Counted from the stretch's first letter, positions 1 through 15,969 are shown. The stretch is DNA of 64,000 nucleotides from Amoebidium appalachense (GCA_963693365.1 CAVNZM010000011.1:1116001-1180000); one strand, 5' to 3'. Notes: a model not told the origin generated them from the sequence alone. Numbers and translations: made by a program.

Positions 1-1361
1 CACGCATTAGTAGTAGCCACATAAATGAAACAGACCGGCTATGTGACCCTCGAATGAGATCATGCACAGAGAGTTGGGGGGGGGGAGGGGAGAGAGGAGG
101 GGGGGCTCCCGTACCACCGTTCCTTCTTCAGATAAAGTTCCATTTCAGACCTTAGGCACCACTAAACATTGGTCTGGTGGCATGATACCGATGAATGGGT
201 GTCCATGTTGGTGCCTCGTGGTCGATATGAGGCAACATGGGGTCCTGCAATCGTGCACCTCATTACACCTGATCCTAGTGTTTGGGTTGGGTGGGGGTTG
301 AAGGGGGGGGGGGGGGGGGGAGAAGAAGGGGGAAGGAGTGGGGGGAAGGGGGGGGAGGGGGAGGGGTAAATAAAGTAATGCAGCAAGCCGGTCCAAGTAA
401 AGTCAAAGTTTGGTGACACCCCTCCGCAAAACCTACTACCCTTGACCCCGCCCCCCCCCCTCCCCCTCCGTCCCCTCTCCCCCTCCCCCTTCCTCCCGTC
501 CCCCCCCCCCCCTCCCCTCCACCTCCCTCCCTCGCCGATCCCCCCTTCCACCCCCCCCCCCCCCCCCCCCCCCCCCCCACACACTCACCGTGGCACACAC
601 ATACTCTCTCAAGCAGGCAGGTGGGGAAAGGGGGGACAGGGGGGCGGCTGGGGGAGGGGGGAGGGGGAAGGGGCAAGGTCCTGGAAGGTTGAGGGAAGGG
701 GGGGGGAGGGGGTTCCCGGAAAGTGAAGGGTCGAGGGGAAGGGGAGTCTGAAAAAGAGGGTGTAAGGGTCCACCTCCTGGAGTTGACCGTGCCCTTGTTC
801 AATCTCTAGCCCCAACCTTCCTGCCTCCCTCCCCTCCCCCGCCTCTCTCCTCCCCCCCCCCTCCCCCCCCCCCCCCCCCCTTCCTCTCCCTCCCTTCCCA
901 ACATCTCTGTCTCACTTCCCTCCCCCCCCATACCCCCCCCCCCCCCTCCCCCCTCTAACAAAAACATATCCCAGCCCGTCCAGCGGTGTGGCCCTGGCAT
1001 TCCATCCGCCTGCTCTTGTTTTTTCGTATTCCAACACCCTCCCTGCTTGCTTCCTTTCTAATTGTCCAGTCTCCCACCCTGGCACCCCCCCTCCCCCCCC
1101 CTCCCCTCCTCCTTTCCCCTGGCCCATCCTTGGGGTCAACCCCCCCTCCCCCCTCCCCCCCATCCCCCCATCCCTACCAAACACACACACACCAACGAAA
1201 AAAAAGAATAAGAAGAAAGAAAACACAAAAGAATAATGGCAGGCCGTTGTCGTTGTTGCCGTATGCGACAGACACCACCGATGCTCATCTCTCTGAGACA
1301 GAGCATGTGGTGGGGTCGAAAGAAACTGAGAGTCTCGTGGTGGTTGCAGACTATTCTATGA

Positions 1362-2100
<739 letters not shown>

Positions 2101-2971
2101 GGGGGGGGGGGAGAGGGGAAGAAGAGAGGGGGAGGAGCTGCTTGGGGTCGTGGTAGCTTGGATCCAGGATGGAAGGTCTGAAGGAAAAGCAGTGCGCCAG
2201 GTGTGGGTGGTGGTGTGTTTTTCCCCTCTCTTACGTGGAGGGGCAAGAGGGGGGGGGGGAGGGCGGGGGGAGGGGGGAAGGAGGGTGGGGTGGGGTTGGG
2301 GAGGGGGGGGGGGGGGGGGGATCAGGTGTGTATTCTAACAAGGGTGGGTATATGTGATTCGGTGTGTTCAGAGTGAAATGGCATGTTTTCTTAATAGACC
2401 TGCCTGTGTTGGTGTATGGGAATGAAGGAAAAGGGCTGACCCCACACTCATAGGGTATAGATGGAGACGTATGGGCAAGTATGGACATAATCAGGATCGT
2501 GTGCAGTAAAGTTTTGGCTTGTAAGTCGTCACGATGGGTCGTTTTAATTGGCTCGTGGGCCAAATGCATGACTTTTGCAAGTTCGGAAAGGTGGCAAAAG
2601 CCGAAAAAAGAAAGACAAAATTTGACAAGAGTTAGAAAGGCTCACACGTAATCAAGCTGCGGGAGGGGGGGTGAAGGGGGAAGGGGGGGAGGATGTGGTG
2701 GAAAAAGAGTGTGTGAAGGTTCGACCAATGCAATGGTAGGTTATTTCATCCAATGGGCGCATCCGATCCGGATACGAAGAAAAAACAATGAAATTCGATT
2801 GGTTGCCGTCATTGCGTGCCATTCTAAATCCATTGTTTGGGTAGTTGCTTGGGTGGATGGACGATTCTAAAACCTAGAGTACGTGTGTTTACTTTTGGTT
2901 GTCAGGTGGCGGCGCGGGGGAGGGGGGGGGGGGGGGAAGGAAGGGAGATGGGGAGATGTATCTGCTTTTCG

Positions 2972-3005
<34 letters not shown>

Positions 3006-6000
3006 AGGTGGCGAAGAAACCACCTTGTGTAAATGTGTGAGTGATTCTTTCATTGTCTGTCAACTTGTGCATGTACGTTGGGGGGTGGGATGGGGGGGGG
3101 GGGGGGGGGGGAGGGTGGGGGGCGGGGGGTGGGGGGAGGGGTGGGAGGGGGAATACCTATAATTCCAGGTTTCTAGGAGAAGGGGCCCGGTGAGCCCCAG
3201 GGGTGGCCCCCTTGATAGTTAAGGGGGATTGGCTAGAATGATACAAAGAATGATTCCGTGTCCTACTATATGCTCCTGGTTGTGCGTGCCCGGGCATGAA
3301 TGTATGTATGCGGCCGTGCGTTAAAAGAAAAGACTTCACAATACATATACAGCAAAAATCACCCTTGTCTTATACTGCTCTTGGTGTTTCCGCCGATGAT
3401 CCCATCTTTAGATTGGGCCGTGACTCCGTGCTGATTGCCGACTTCTATTTGGCTAATTGGCGCATTAACCCATTCGGCAGCCAAGTATATGCCCACCACA
3501 TGGATGTATAGTATGGTGTTAGCAATAGTCGGCCAAGATACCGTTATGGTGTACCAACAGCCATGTTGCTAATTAAGTAATGGCATGGTCAATACATCAG
3601 GTATGTGGGATATACGGCTAAAAACAGCATACTTGGGTGGGAGGGGATGCTCGTAGGGTTTTCTTTTTTTTTTTTTGGGGGGGGGGGAGGGGGTGAGAGG
3701 CGGGAGGAGGAGGCGGGAGGGGGGGGGGGGGGGGGGGGGGGGCACAATAGTCCATACTCCGGAAGCCCCCTCGCACCTGATTGGACAAAACACGATTCTA
3801 TGACGTAAAATCAGGGGAGAACGATTCGATTCCCAAGCGACATAAAGAGGCCGTCAGACCGCTCTAGTGGTGGGTTGGGGTTTCGGCAGCCCCCCCATTT
3901 AGGGCTCAGACACACATAAGGTTATGGTATTTGGGTTTATCTTTCATAAGTTAATATCAAATATTGTATTTTTCTAGCCAGTTATGGAGCTGTCTCCCTA
4001 TATTTAGGGGCTTCCGGCGTATAGACCTACCTCGGGGGGTGGGGGGAGTGGGGTGGGGGTATTGCAGCCGCATATATAATGAGGACCTGGGAGGCCAGCA
4101 ACATGCAGGGTGACTCTGTGCTCTACAGGCAGGCAGCAGGAGGATAGGGGATTGGAGATAGATAGGGGGAATAACCCCCTCCACCCCCAGCCCTGGGGGA
4201 GAGGGGGGAGGGGGGAGGGGATAGGCTGGTATAGGCGGGAAAAAATGAAAGGAAGAAGTGGTGGTGGTGGTGGTGGTGGTGTGTGTGTGTGTGTTTGGGG
4301 ACGAGGGGGGGGGGGGGGGGGGGGGGGGGGGAGGAAGGGGGGGGGATGGGAGGGGGGGGGCTTTTGGGAAGTTGCAGGGGTTGCACACAGCTGTTTCTTT
4401 TTTTTCCTTTTTTTTTTTTGATGGTGTGTGTGTGTGTTGGGGGGGGGGGGGGGGGGGGGGGGTGCTGGGAGGTGTGAAAATGCAGAGAGTTTGTAGGGAG
4501 GGGAGGAGGGGGGCGGGTTGGGAGGTGTGACATTGCAGAGAGTGGGAAGCTTGAACACTGACTTGCTTCGGGTTGGATCAGTCAGCATAGATGTCTTTTT
4601 GGAGTAGGCCTAGTAGCACACAACATAGCATGGCCTCCTGAATAGTCGTGTACATCAGCAGTGTTGATCAGTGACTGATGGCTTGCATACCTTAGTATAT
4701 TTGCAAGGGGCGATCGGGGAGAGGGGGGGGGAAGGGGGGAGGGGGGTGGGAGAGGGGGGGTGGGGTTGGGGAGAGAGGATGGGGGACAGTTAGGCGGGGT
4801 GGGGTGTGTGTGTGGGGGGAGATGGCGGGGAGGCCCTGGGGGGGGGAGGGGGGGGGGGGGGGGGAGGGGAGGAGGGGGGGAGGGGGAGGGTTGGGGAGAG
4901 GGGGAGGGAGGGGAAGGGCAGTGAGGGGGGATGGGGTGTGTGCGTGTGTGTGTGTATGTATGTGGGGGGGGGCGGGGGGAATGTTAAGGTCGAGTCCGTA
5001 TCCAAATGTCACACTACTCAACCCCACGCCAGGCATCTCACAAAAGGTCCCGTTTTTTCATGCACCTAGCCTGGCCATACACTGGCAGGGGCCATGTCGT
5101 GCTGTGACTAGAGTAAAACTTATGCTCGCTAGGAATATGTGTTCTCATTGCACCATAGACACAACTCTGCCATGCGGACAGAAGCCTGGGAAGGGAGAGC
5201 CCAGGGGGACGGGAGGGATGGGGAGGGTGGGTCGGTGGGGGAGGCGGGGAGGGGGGGGGGGGGGGGGGGGAGGGGGGGCGGGAACGATAATCATCAAAAA
5301 TCAAATATCTTTCTGCAATTGACATCAGGCCTGGGATTCTTTTGAATTTACTGATTCTTATTGGGTTAGCCACCGGTGACCTGATTTTGCTCAAACCACG
5401 TCAATGTGGTGAGAGAGTTATTTAAGTTATGCAGCATTTTTTCCTAGTTTGTAAGTTATCTTCATCCCGTCTTGATACGGCGAAATAGGTGGTTGAACAG
5501 CGGCGATTCGCTAAATAAAAAGATTCGCCCATGTGTCATGCTGGCTGAATTTGTATATCACATGTGTACTGTTGGATGGATTTGATGCGCTGGGGGCTGG
5601 GGGGGGGGAGGGGGGAGGCATTGTTGGGTCCCCCATCTCTCTTATCAAGTTCAACGCCCCTGCAAGGTAGGCAATGCTGGTAACATAGACTAAGTATCTG
5701 GGCACAGGCGCACCAAAAGTGGTTCGGTGTCCAGGCTAAGCACACACTCGAATATATGCTCTCTTATAAGCAAAAAAAAAGCACACACACATACACATCC
5801 ACGGACCTGAATAGCGTGGCTTTGTGGGTCACCGACCATATCACTACTAAACACACACTCCCCCCCCCCCCCCCCCCCCACCCACCCCCTCTCCTCCCCC
5901 CTTCCCTCTCAGGCCCCTCTCCTCCCCCTTCCCCATTCATCCCCCTCTCCCCCTCTCCCCATCTCCCCCCCCCCCCCCCCCCCCCCACGCACACACATTA

Positions 6001-6235
6001 TGCACACCTGTGCGTGTGCACACACTTTTCTCTTGAGATTCCACGTTTTCTCATTCACTCTCCCTCCCCTCCCCGCCTTTGCCCCTCCGTTTCCGCTCTT
6101 CGGGTGCCCCTCACATCCCTTCCTCGCTCTTATTCGCGCACAGGCGCCAGACCCTGGCAGTGCATGCATCGCCGAGTAACGCAATCACTGTCACATATAC
6201 ACATACGCGCACACACACACACACACAGGCACACA

Positions 6236-6279
<44 letters not shown>

Positions 6280-6441
6280 TACACACACACACGCCACACA
6301 CACACACTCAGTCTGTTGTGGAGGGGTCGGTCCGGGAGGGGTGGGGCCAGACCGGGTCACCATTATGAGCAGAGATAATACGGGCCGGGCCCCGGGAAGT
6401 GGCCGCGGGGGCCCGGAGAGGGGGGAGGGAAGGGGGGGGGG

Positions 6442-7078
6442 AGAATCCACAACCGCCAAATTGAATTGCATGGATAGGTGGATGCCACGTGGTGGCACCG
6501 GTAAGTCACGTGGGTGCGCCGTGATGTTGGTTCATCATTGAGAAAGAAGGACTCCCACAACCCCTAACGTTAGTTGAGGGGAGAGGGGGTTGGGGGGGGG
6601 GGGGGGGGTAGCTCGCAGCTTCCCCCCCCCCCCCTCCCCTCCCCCACATCAAACCATCTCCGAGCTGTTTTGTACTGCGCAGCCCGCCCCCCCCCCCCCC
6701 CTCCCCCCCCCAACCCCCAACCCCCTCCTCTCCCAACCCGGGGGCCAATCCCAACCCCCAAACCTCCACACCAAATCAATTCATGCATGCCGGTCGTCAC
6801 AGCAGAATCCACAGCCGCCAAAGTGAAATTGCATGGAAAGGTGGATGCCACGTGGTGACACCGGTAAGTCACGTGGGTGCGCCGTGATGGTGGTTTATTA
6901 ATAAGAAAGAGGGACTCCCACGACCCCTAACGTTTGTTGAGAGGAGGAGGGGGGGGGGGAGGGGGGAGGGGGGTAGCTCGCTTCCCTCTCTCTCCCCCCC
7001 TCTCTCTCTCTTCCCCCCCCCCCCCCCCTCCCCCCGCCCCCCACATCCAACCATCTCCGAGCTGCTTCGTGCTGCGCA

Positions 7079-7122
<44 letters not shown>

Positions 7123-7182
7123 ATTCTCAACCCCCACTGGACCCCCACCCCAAATCAATTCATGCATGTCGGTCGTCACAGC
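6442..7182. repeat. Two tandem copies of a 360-380-bp unit (6442-6803, 6804-7182)
   Basis: Shared blocks agaatccaca.ccgccaaa...gatgccacgtggtg.caccggtaagtcacgtgggtgcgccgtgatg, accatctccgagctg and ccaaatcaattcatgcatg.cggtcgtcacagc, separated by variable G/C tracts. Confidence 0.85.
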
Positions 7183-8476
7183 TCGCACTCCCGAGTCCCG
7201 TGCGCAAACCCTTTCAACGGTGAACTTACACCGAGGAACCACAGCCTGTCAGGCTGGCAGGCAATCTCAGGCCTGTCAATTGAAAGTTTGTTCATAAGCA
7301 ACGACAGTGCCCTTTCCCTTTCAGGCTCACGTGTTGAATGTGGCTGCTTGCGGGGCGCACGTTTACGCCACTTTCGAGCTATTTTCCTGGCCCGGTGTTC
7401 AACGCCAGTTGCCAGCACTGGTTTGCAAGTTGCAACGTGCGGAAATATTTCAAGCCCTGGTTTGGAATGGATGCGGGATGGTTTTGCTTTCGGTGATTGG
7501 CTGATGATTTTATCGCTGATAAGGTCAATAGCTGTTAGCCAATCGTGTGCGAGATGCCTGTGATCCAACGGCAGCCAACAAAATTCTTGAATGATTTAGA
7601 GCACGTCTATTGGCTATCCACAGTATATGCTGCACAACAAACAATGAGCCTGAGAACTCAGCGGAAAGTTCCGCAAATCCGAAGTTGCGTGGCCCGGATT
7701 CGGAAGTCTATCATTCAAGCAAACGTATTATATGTACTGCCATTTACGCGCACTTTTCTTTAAATACGAAAGGAGTCTATGAATATATAAATCATCAAGA
7801 GCCGCCCTTTTCCCCCATTCCGAATCTGTTGAAAACGTCGCTGTAGTAGAGCTGGGCAAGGGCCGACTCCGAGATTGGATCTACGACAGTCACAGACTCA
7901 AAGCTGTCTGGCGATCCGGAGTGGACGTACATGTGAATCGCGCTGTCGGGCACTGGCCCACTGGGCTCAGGTTCAAGCGGGATTAGCAAAACCGTTCACA
8001 TACTGGCGACATAATCAGTTATATTACAAGGATTGATTAGTTTAGGCTTTAAATCCTTTTTTATATTAAAGACCTGCCATTAGGCAAACTCTTTCAGACA
8101 TACACATAAGTATGCATGGGTTGGCTATTTATGTAGGCATATGTGTGTATTGAAACATGATTCGAGACACAGATGCGAAGAAACAATCGGTGGTGGAGCC
8201 AATGGGGAAGACGTGTAAGATCAAGGCACTGCTGAATGATGTGTGCAGCCCAAAGAAACAAGTTTCACGACTAAAGGGGAAGAAAGTGAATACGCAATAT
8301 TACGTAACGGTTGATAGTTACCACATTCATCATTAATTCGGCCGGCTACCTTTACACACGCGGTTGGTAATTCCTTTGTGCTCAACCTTGTGGCTTTTTT
8401 ACTAACCCCTTTAGAAAGAATGCGAAATCCATTTCCGATTGGCTTCTGTTAGCCATAACACATCATAGGATTCGGG

Positions 8477-8512
8477 TATAAAATCTATTGAATATGCGGG
8501 CTGGCATCAGTT
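8477..8512 (+). promoter_or_regulatory. Core promoter of MFS copy 1: TATA box + initiator
   Basis: TATAAAA at 8477, TCAGTT at 8507 (A at 8509, +32); reverse CCAAT (ATTGG) at about 8438. Confidence 0.65.
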
Positions 8513-8636
8513 TTCCGTGTTGATTGAGCACGACCACATCATCACATCAACCACCAACTTGTCCTGAGCCGGCGGTCGATACGGACGTACGTTATTTGTA
8601 CACAGTGCTCAACGGCACGAAAACTTCGAAATCACC

Positions 8637-10325
8637 ATGGGTATTGCCGACAAGTTCATCTGGCACTATTCCGATGTCACCCAGCGCAGGACACCCGCGC
8701 AGGAAGAGGCCGAGCGCAAATTGCTCGGCCTGGTGCCCTTCCACCGCCTGATGCTACTGCCTGCAGCCGTCTTCGTTCAGCTGTGTGTTGGCTCCCTCTA
8801 TGCCTGGTCTGTGTACAACACACCCATCGAGAAGTACATTGCAAATGTCAACGGCAAGACTCCCGCCGACTACCTCGGCTACTCTGCCAACACTTTCTAC
8901 GTGGCTGTGGGCACCTTCGGCCCCTCTGCCGCGCTGTTCGGTCCCTGGCTCGAGCGTGAGGGTCCTCGCAAGGCGCTCCTTCTCTCCACCAGTCTCTTCT
9001 ATGCCGGCAACCTGCTTGCTGCCCTTGCGGTGTGGAAGGGTCTGTGGGCGCTCCTCTACATCGGTTACGGTTTCATTGGCGGCTTGGGCCTCGGTCTCTC
9101 CTACATCACACCTGTGTCTCCGCTGCAGAAGTGGTTCCCCGACTACCGTGGTGTTGTGTCCGGTATGGCCGTGTGCGGGTTTGGTGGTGGGTCGATGATT
9201 GCAGCCAAGGTGCAGAATTCCCTCATCAACAGCAAGGGCGTGCCCCTCACGTTCATCATCCTCGGTTCCATCTACTTTGTCATCATGATGGCCTGCACCT
9301 TTGTGCTCCGCACTCCCCCCGAGGACTTTGTTCTGGCCATGAAGGCCAAGCTGGGTGCCAAGTTCCACGCCCACGGCCACGGCCCTGCAAAGGAGGACAC
9401 CCAGCAAGCAGCATCATCATCCCCTGTCGATGCAAAGCTCGATGCGGAGAAGGCTGCTGAGTCTCAGCAGGTGGGCGGTGCCGTTGACTTGGAGGCCAGC
9501 CACATGGCGGAGCCCGAGGTGTTGCACGAGCCCGAGATCAAGATGACGCTGATCGAGGCCATGTTCACCACCGACTACCGTCTGATGTACTTCATGCTCA
9601 TGGCCAACGCCATTGCCGGTCTCCTGACCATCTCTAAGCTGTCGGACATTTGCCAGCAGCAGTTTGGCAAGGATGCCGACCTGGCCTCCACCGTCGTGTC
9701 CGTCAACTCTGGCTTCAACCTGACTGGCCGCGTGATGATGGGTCTGACCTCGGACTTCTTTGGCCGCAAGCCTCTCTTCATGATTTCTCTCGTGTTCCAG
9801 GCCATCATTGTGCTGTGTGCCCCCACAATGATCATGAACAATGCCTTCTGGCCCTATGTAATTTGCATGTGGTTCCTCTCGGCCTTCTACGGTGGTGGGT
9901 TCGGTCTGATCCCTGCCTTCCTTGCCGACCAGTTCGGCACCAAGAACATTGGCGCCCTCCACGGTATCATCCTCACCGCTTGGTCGTTCATCGGTGTGGT
10001 GGGTGGCCTCACGTTCAACGCCATCTACAAGAACCAGGTTGCCAAGTACGGCAAGTTGGCAAAGAATGTGTACAACATTAACTACTACTGGATTGCCGTA
10101 GTTATCTGGTTGGGTGTGATTGCGACCCCCTTCATCCACACCGACGTGCGTGACCGGCTGTTCCCTGCTGCCGAGGGCCAGTTCTTCTGCATTCGTGTGG
10201 GCAAGCGTCTTCTGCGGGTGTCCCGGTCAAAGGTTGTCGAGTACCTCACCCACCAGCAGGAGGAGACGGAGTGGCGCGCATTCCTGCACACTCTGCCTGA
10301 GAACCAGCCCGGGTACAAGGCCTAA
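8637..10325 (+). CDS. MFS transporter, OFA (oxalate:formate antiporter)/monocarboxylate-like family, copy 1; intronless, 562 aa
   Basis: Uninterrupted ORF, strong GC3 bias, Kozak-like caccATGG. About 12 hydrophobic segments in two halves separated by a hydrophilic loop. Family-typical motifs QLCVGSLYAWS, GLGLGLSYITPVSPLQKWFPDYRG, GFGGG, SDFFGRK, YGGGFGLIPAFLADQFG. Confidence 0.93.
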   Translation: MGIADKFIWHYSDVTQRRTPAQEEAERKLLGLVPFHRLMLLPAAVFVQLCVGSLYAWSVYNTPIEKYIANVNGKTPADYLGYSANTFYVAVGTFGPSAALFGPWLEREGPRKALLLSTSLFYAGNLLAALAVWKGLWALLYIGYGFIGGLGLGLSYITPVSPLQKWFPDYRGVVSGMAVCGFGGGSMIAAKVQNSLINSKGVPLTFIILGSIYFVIMMACTFVLRTPPEDFVLAMKAKLGAKFHAHGHGPAKEDTQQAASSSPVDAKLDAEKAAESQQVGGAVDLEASHMAEPEVLHEPEIKMTLIEAMFTTDYRLMYFMLMANAIAGLLTISKLSDICQQQFGKDADLASTVVSVNSGFNLTGRVMMGLTSDFFGRKPLFMISLVFQAIIVLCAPTMIMNNAFWPYVICMWFLSAFYGGGFGLIPAFLADQFGTKNIGALHGIILTAWSFIGVVGGLTFNAIYKNQVAKYGKLAKNVYNINYYWIAVVIWLGVIATPFIHTDVRDRLFPAAEGQFFCIRVGKRLLRVSRSKVVEYLTHQQEETEWRAFLHTLPENQPGYKA

Positions 10326-10778
10326 AAAGTATTCATTGTTTATCTATCGCTATATTCAATGTATGATTTTCGTTCATCAGTTCATCGAATGAAGGGCTTC
10401 GATAGATCATTACACTTTGACACGCTTTTTCGGATGCAAGTAAGTCGACTAGGAAAATAGATGCAAGTTTTGCTTCATTTCATTGCTCAGGCCTTCTCTG
10501 GAGCACTTTCGAATGGGTAGAAAGGCTGTGAATGTAGATTACTTAGTCTCGAGCCCCAGGTGGCCATGAATCAGTAAGGTCCCACGGGTAAATACAGTGT
10601 CCATACAATGAAACAGCCAATGTGTTTGGCAAACACCCCCATTTCCACCCATGCACTCATGTATTGTAACATGACGCTATGTTCACACCCGACAGACAGG
10701 GCACAGGCACTTGTAACATTACGCTATGACCACACCCAACACGAACACCGGGGTGATGAGTGCACAAAAGAGCAGAGG

Positions 10779-10809
<31 letters not shown>

Positions 10810-11430
10810 TTGTGGGGGCGCCAGGGGAGGGTGAGAGAGAAGAAGGAGAGGTAGGGAAGGGGATAGAGAAGACCAAAGGGGGAGGGGGAAGACAGACAGA
10901 CAGAGAGAGAGAGAGAGAGAGAGAGAGGCGGGGGGGGCGGGAGGGGGGGCCTGGGAGGGAGGGAGGGAGAGAGAAGAGGGCGAAGGCGGGGGGGGAGGAA
11001 GAGGGAGCACCCAACTAAATAAACCACACTTAACGCCTAAGACTTGTGGCAGTCAAAACAAGAAGCGATGTGGAAGAGAACGTAGCAGTGGGAGTGGCCA
11101 CGAAACACAAATGCATGTGCGTGCGTGGATGGGGGGAGGGGGGAGGGTACTAACGAAAAATACGAAAGGCACAATACATATTAATATTCCTACTTTTTTT
11201 TGTTGACATACCCAGAGTAATACATCGTGCAAAATATACCTGGAAGTCCTAAACCATAACATGATGCACAATACAGAGCGCGTGTCCGAAAACACTTGGC
11301 CTACTTTTATTAATTTACGATCGGGGGGTAGGGGGGGGGGGGGGGGGGGGGGGGGGAGGTGTGCCGGTAGGAAGCACTAGCAGAGGTTGGAAGCAGGGTT
11401 AAAAGGGATGGGCAAGAGACGGGGGGAGGG

Positions 11431-11468
<38 letters not shown>

Positions 11469-11473
11469 GGGGG

Positions 11474-12848
<1,375 letters not shown>

Positions 12849-13067
12849 ATCCTCCTCCCCCTCCTCCCACGCTGCTGCTCTTCGATAGACTCTCTCTCAT
12901 CCTCTCTCCCTCCCTCCTGTACACCTCCCTTCCTGACTCCTCTCTCCCTCAGTCCCTCTCTCTCTATATCTACCCTCCCCCCCTCCTCCTCCCTCTTTCT
13001 TCCTCTCCCATCCTCTCTCTCCGAGTCCCCCCGGCCTCTCTACTCTGTCTCTCTCTCCTCTCCCCCC

Positions 13068-13099
<32 letters not shown>

Positions 13100-14342
13100 G
13101 TCCCTGTCTCTCCCTCTCTCCCTCTCCCTCTCCCTCTCCCCGCCCTCTCTCTCTCTCTCTCTCTCTCCCTCTCCCTCTCTCCCTCTCCCTCTCCCTCTCC
13201 CTCTCCCTCTCCCTCTCCCTCTCCCTTTCCCTCTCCCTCTCCCTCTCCCTCTCCCTCTCCCTCTCCCTCTCCCTCCCTCTCTCTCTCTCTCTCTCTGGGA
13301 GGCTCTCTTTCTCTTGCCCTGCCCACCCCGTCCCATCCTCCTCCACCACCCCCGGTCCCGATAGTTCCTGACGTTGACACACACAAACACACACGTGCAC
13401 AAACGCACTCGCATATGCACGCATGTACGCACGCACACGCATGCACCCACGGACACACGCACTCACTCAGCACACACACGCAAACACACACACACACACA
13501 CACGAACACACCCACGCACGCCCGCACACGCGCAGACACTCAAGTGCCAATTTGATGTCTGTAGTGTGCATGCCCGGATCACAAAGAAGAGAAATGGCGA
13601 GCTGGGTGCAGCTAGCATTCCCCTCCCGCGATCTCAGTAACACCTGCAGCAAAATCCAAGCATCTGTTAGGAAGAGATGGAACAGGGAATTACATCACTA
13701 CGCGGGACAATCTGGCAGGGTGTTTGCAAGTTATTGGGCGCCCCTTGGCACCCCGGCCTGGAATCCCACGGTGCCAAATTGGAACGTCATGCAACCATGT
13801 CCTTAGCTACACCAGCCAACCTGCTTTCCACAAGAGGGATGGACCCTCTCTCTGGCACCAACATATTAGGTTGCCGGGGAAGCCGGTGCCAGTCCATGCA
13901 GGGCAGTGCAGCCACTGCTGGCAGGCCTGCGGTACGCCACATCATACACGTGTGCACGCCTGCTGTACGTAGCTATAGCTTCTCAGCTACTGCTTTGGCT
14001 AGTGTTTGTCGACAGTCATGGCGGAGACCGACGGAGTTTCAGACATCTGCGGCGCCTCGGATGGGCACAAAAAACTGATCAGCGGTCCTGGCTCCAGCTG
14101 CTCTCAGCGGCCAAATTCCAGTGATCTCCCTGTGTAAGATGTCACGGCCTTGACGTTATCATAGCAGATGGATATCTACATGGGGTTTACACACAAAAGA
14201 AAAAAAGAAAGAAAAAAAAAAGGGTTTACACACTTTTTATTGCGTGGACACTGCCGGAGGCCCAGCCACATTCGACGGCCTACGTATACTGCGTTTTCCA
14301 GCGCAGCCAATCAAATGCAGCCAGTGACATACATGCTAGGCA

Positions 14343-14383
14343 ACAATGACACGGCCCTCTGAAAAAGAGGGCCGTGACAATGA
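14343..14383. repeat. 27-bp hairpin (11-bp perfect inverted repeat, 5-nt loop) flanked by a 7-bp direct repeat
   Basis: ACAATGA-CACGGCCCTCT-GAAAA-AGAGGGCCGTG-ACAATGA. Confidence 0.7.
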
Positions 14384-15969
14384 GCGCCATCGTAGTATAT
14401 GACACCCCTATTACATATTATGGGTAAGCAGAGGCTAGCATCGGTAGCTCCGAAAGAAAGTTAAGGCACCGGATCACAATATCATACTGTGCAGCATTAA
14501 TAAGGTGATCTAGGACAGTCATCTTAAAACGGAGGAAGAGAGGAAGAAAAGAGAATAAAACCGCCAATTATAACCTCCGGTTCTACAACACTGTAATACG
14601 GGTAGAGGTAGCCCTACGTGTCGTACGAGAAAACTCTGCCAAGGGGTATTTATGATTGGTCCAGATCGAATCCGGTTCGATCAGATTAGCCATATAAGGA
14701 AACTGCAAAAAACCAGAGGTAGCCCTACCGTAGCGCTACCTTTCGTACGTGTTAGCTAACAGGTTGCACTTATTGATAGATATGCAGCTGCGAGTAAACC
14801 GCCCCCCACACATATTACACATACGAGCAGGAGACAACAGAAACCGATTACACCGCCAATCCATAATCATCTTTGTGTTTTTACACCACACCACATTACG
14901 AATAAACGAATCTATGCATGAACGAGACTCTCTAACCGTATCCGCCATATAGACTACTAGTACATAGTTGGTGTTTGCGGCGGTCCTAACACCGGAAGGG
15001 ACTCTTGTATGTTGCCGCAGGCGACAGCCTACTGGACAACGTAGGAATCGCGCGTAATCGGATCTGGTTTTACGAGCAATGGTTGGTTAAAAATCACGCT
15101 AATTAGTCAATATGTATCGTTCAACCTTTGAAGGATTTAACCTCAGGCCCTCATTGGACTCTGCAAAACCGCTCAGGGTGTGGAATATTGGACCCTGGCC
15201 CCTCACTTGCCTAATTAGGGTTTTATGAATATTGGTTGATGCATAGGATTTCATGAAATGTACTTGCTGCTCAACACAGCAAAAGATACCAAACACAACA
15301 TATAATGAACACACAATTGGATTATAATTGACCTCGAGGCCATAAAAGGAGTTCGAATTCGAAAAAGGCCGATTGAAGGCGTGGCTCATATCTGTGCGAT
15401 TGGCCCGTGCCCTTTCCGTAAAAGAGGGCACTGGTTGCTGGAGAGATACAGGATGTAACAGGAATAAAGTAAACACACAAGGCATCAAGAGGCACAATAA
15501 TTGCATTTCCCCACATTTTAAGGGACTCGCACATTGCACCCCTGTATTTTTTATTTTTGAGTATGTACAGTTGGCTCCGTGAGTCAGTGACCGAACTGCC
15601 GCAGGTGGCTTTTGCGCGTTCCTGTTTTGAAAACAAAACAATCGTTAGTGGAACTTATCAGTTCGCTGCGTACGATCACAGAACAATAGTCGATCGACTC
15701 AAGTTAATGTCATATAAAACGCCAAAAGAGATAAATTTGAAATAATTTTCAAACACCAAGTATGTATCCTGAGTAACCTTAGTATAGAGAATGATTAATT
15801 TTAGTTTTATCGACAGCTTTTCTTGCATTTTCCCGCGAAGTTGCTCGGAGCAGTTCGGTGACTCGAAAAAGCCACAGACCTTTGAAGCCTGAATCACTGA
15901 TACGATCGCGAGCTTTCTGCCAATCACAATGGGTGTTTTCCGATTCGTTCGCAACATTGGATCAGAAAG

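Noticed and set aside
2396-2452. LPVLVYGNEGKGL resembling the SpoU/TrmH methyltransferase motif
   Set aside because: Immediately followed by a stop, with no downstream IPM...SLN motif found; likely chance.
13560-15900. Short ORFs in unique sequence between MFS copies 1 and 2 (e.g. 13677-14078, 15099-15641)
   Set aside because: No recognisable motifs or evident codon bias; no transposase or reverse transcriptase signature seen.
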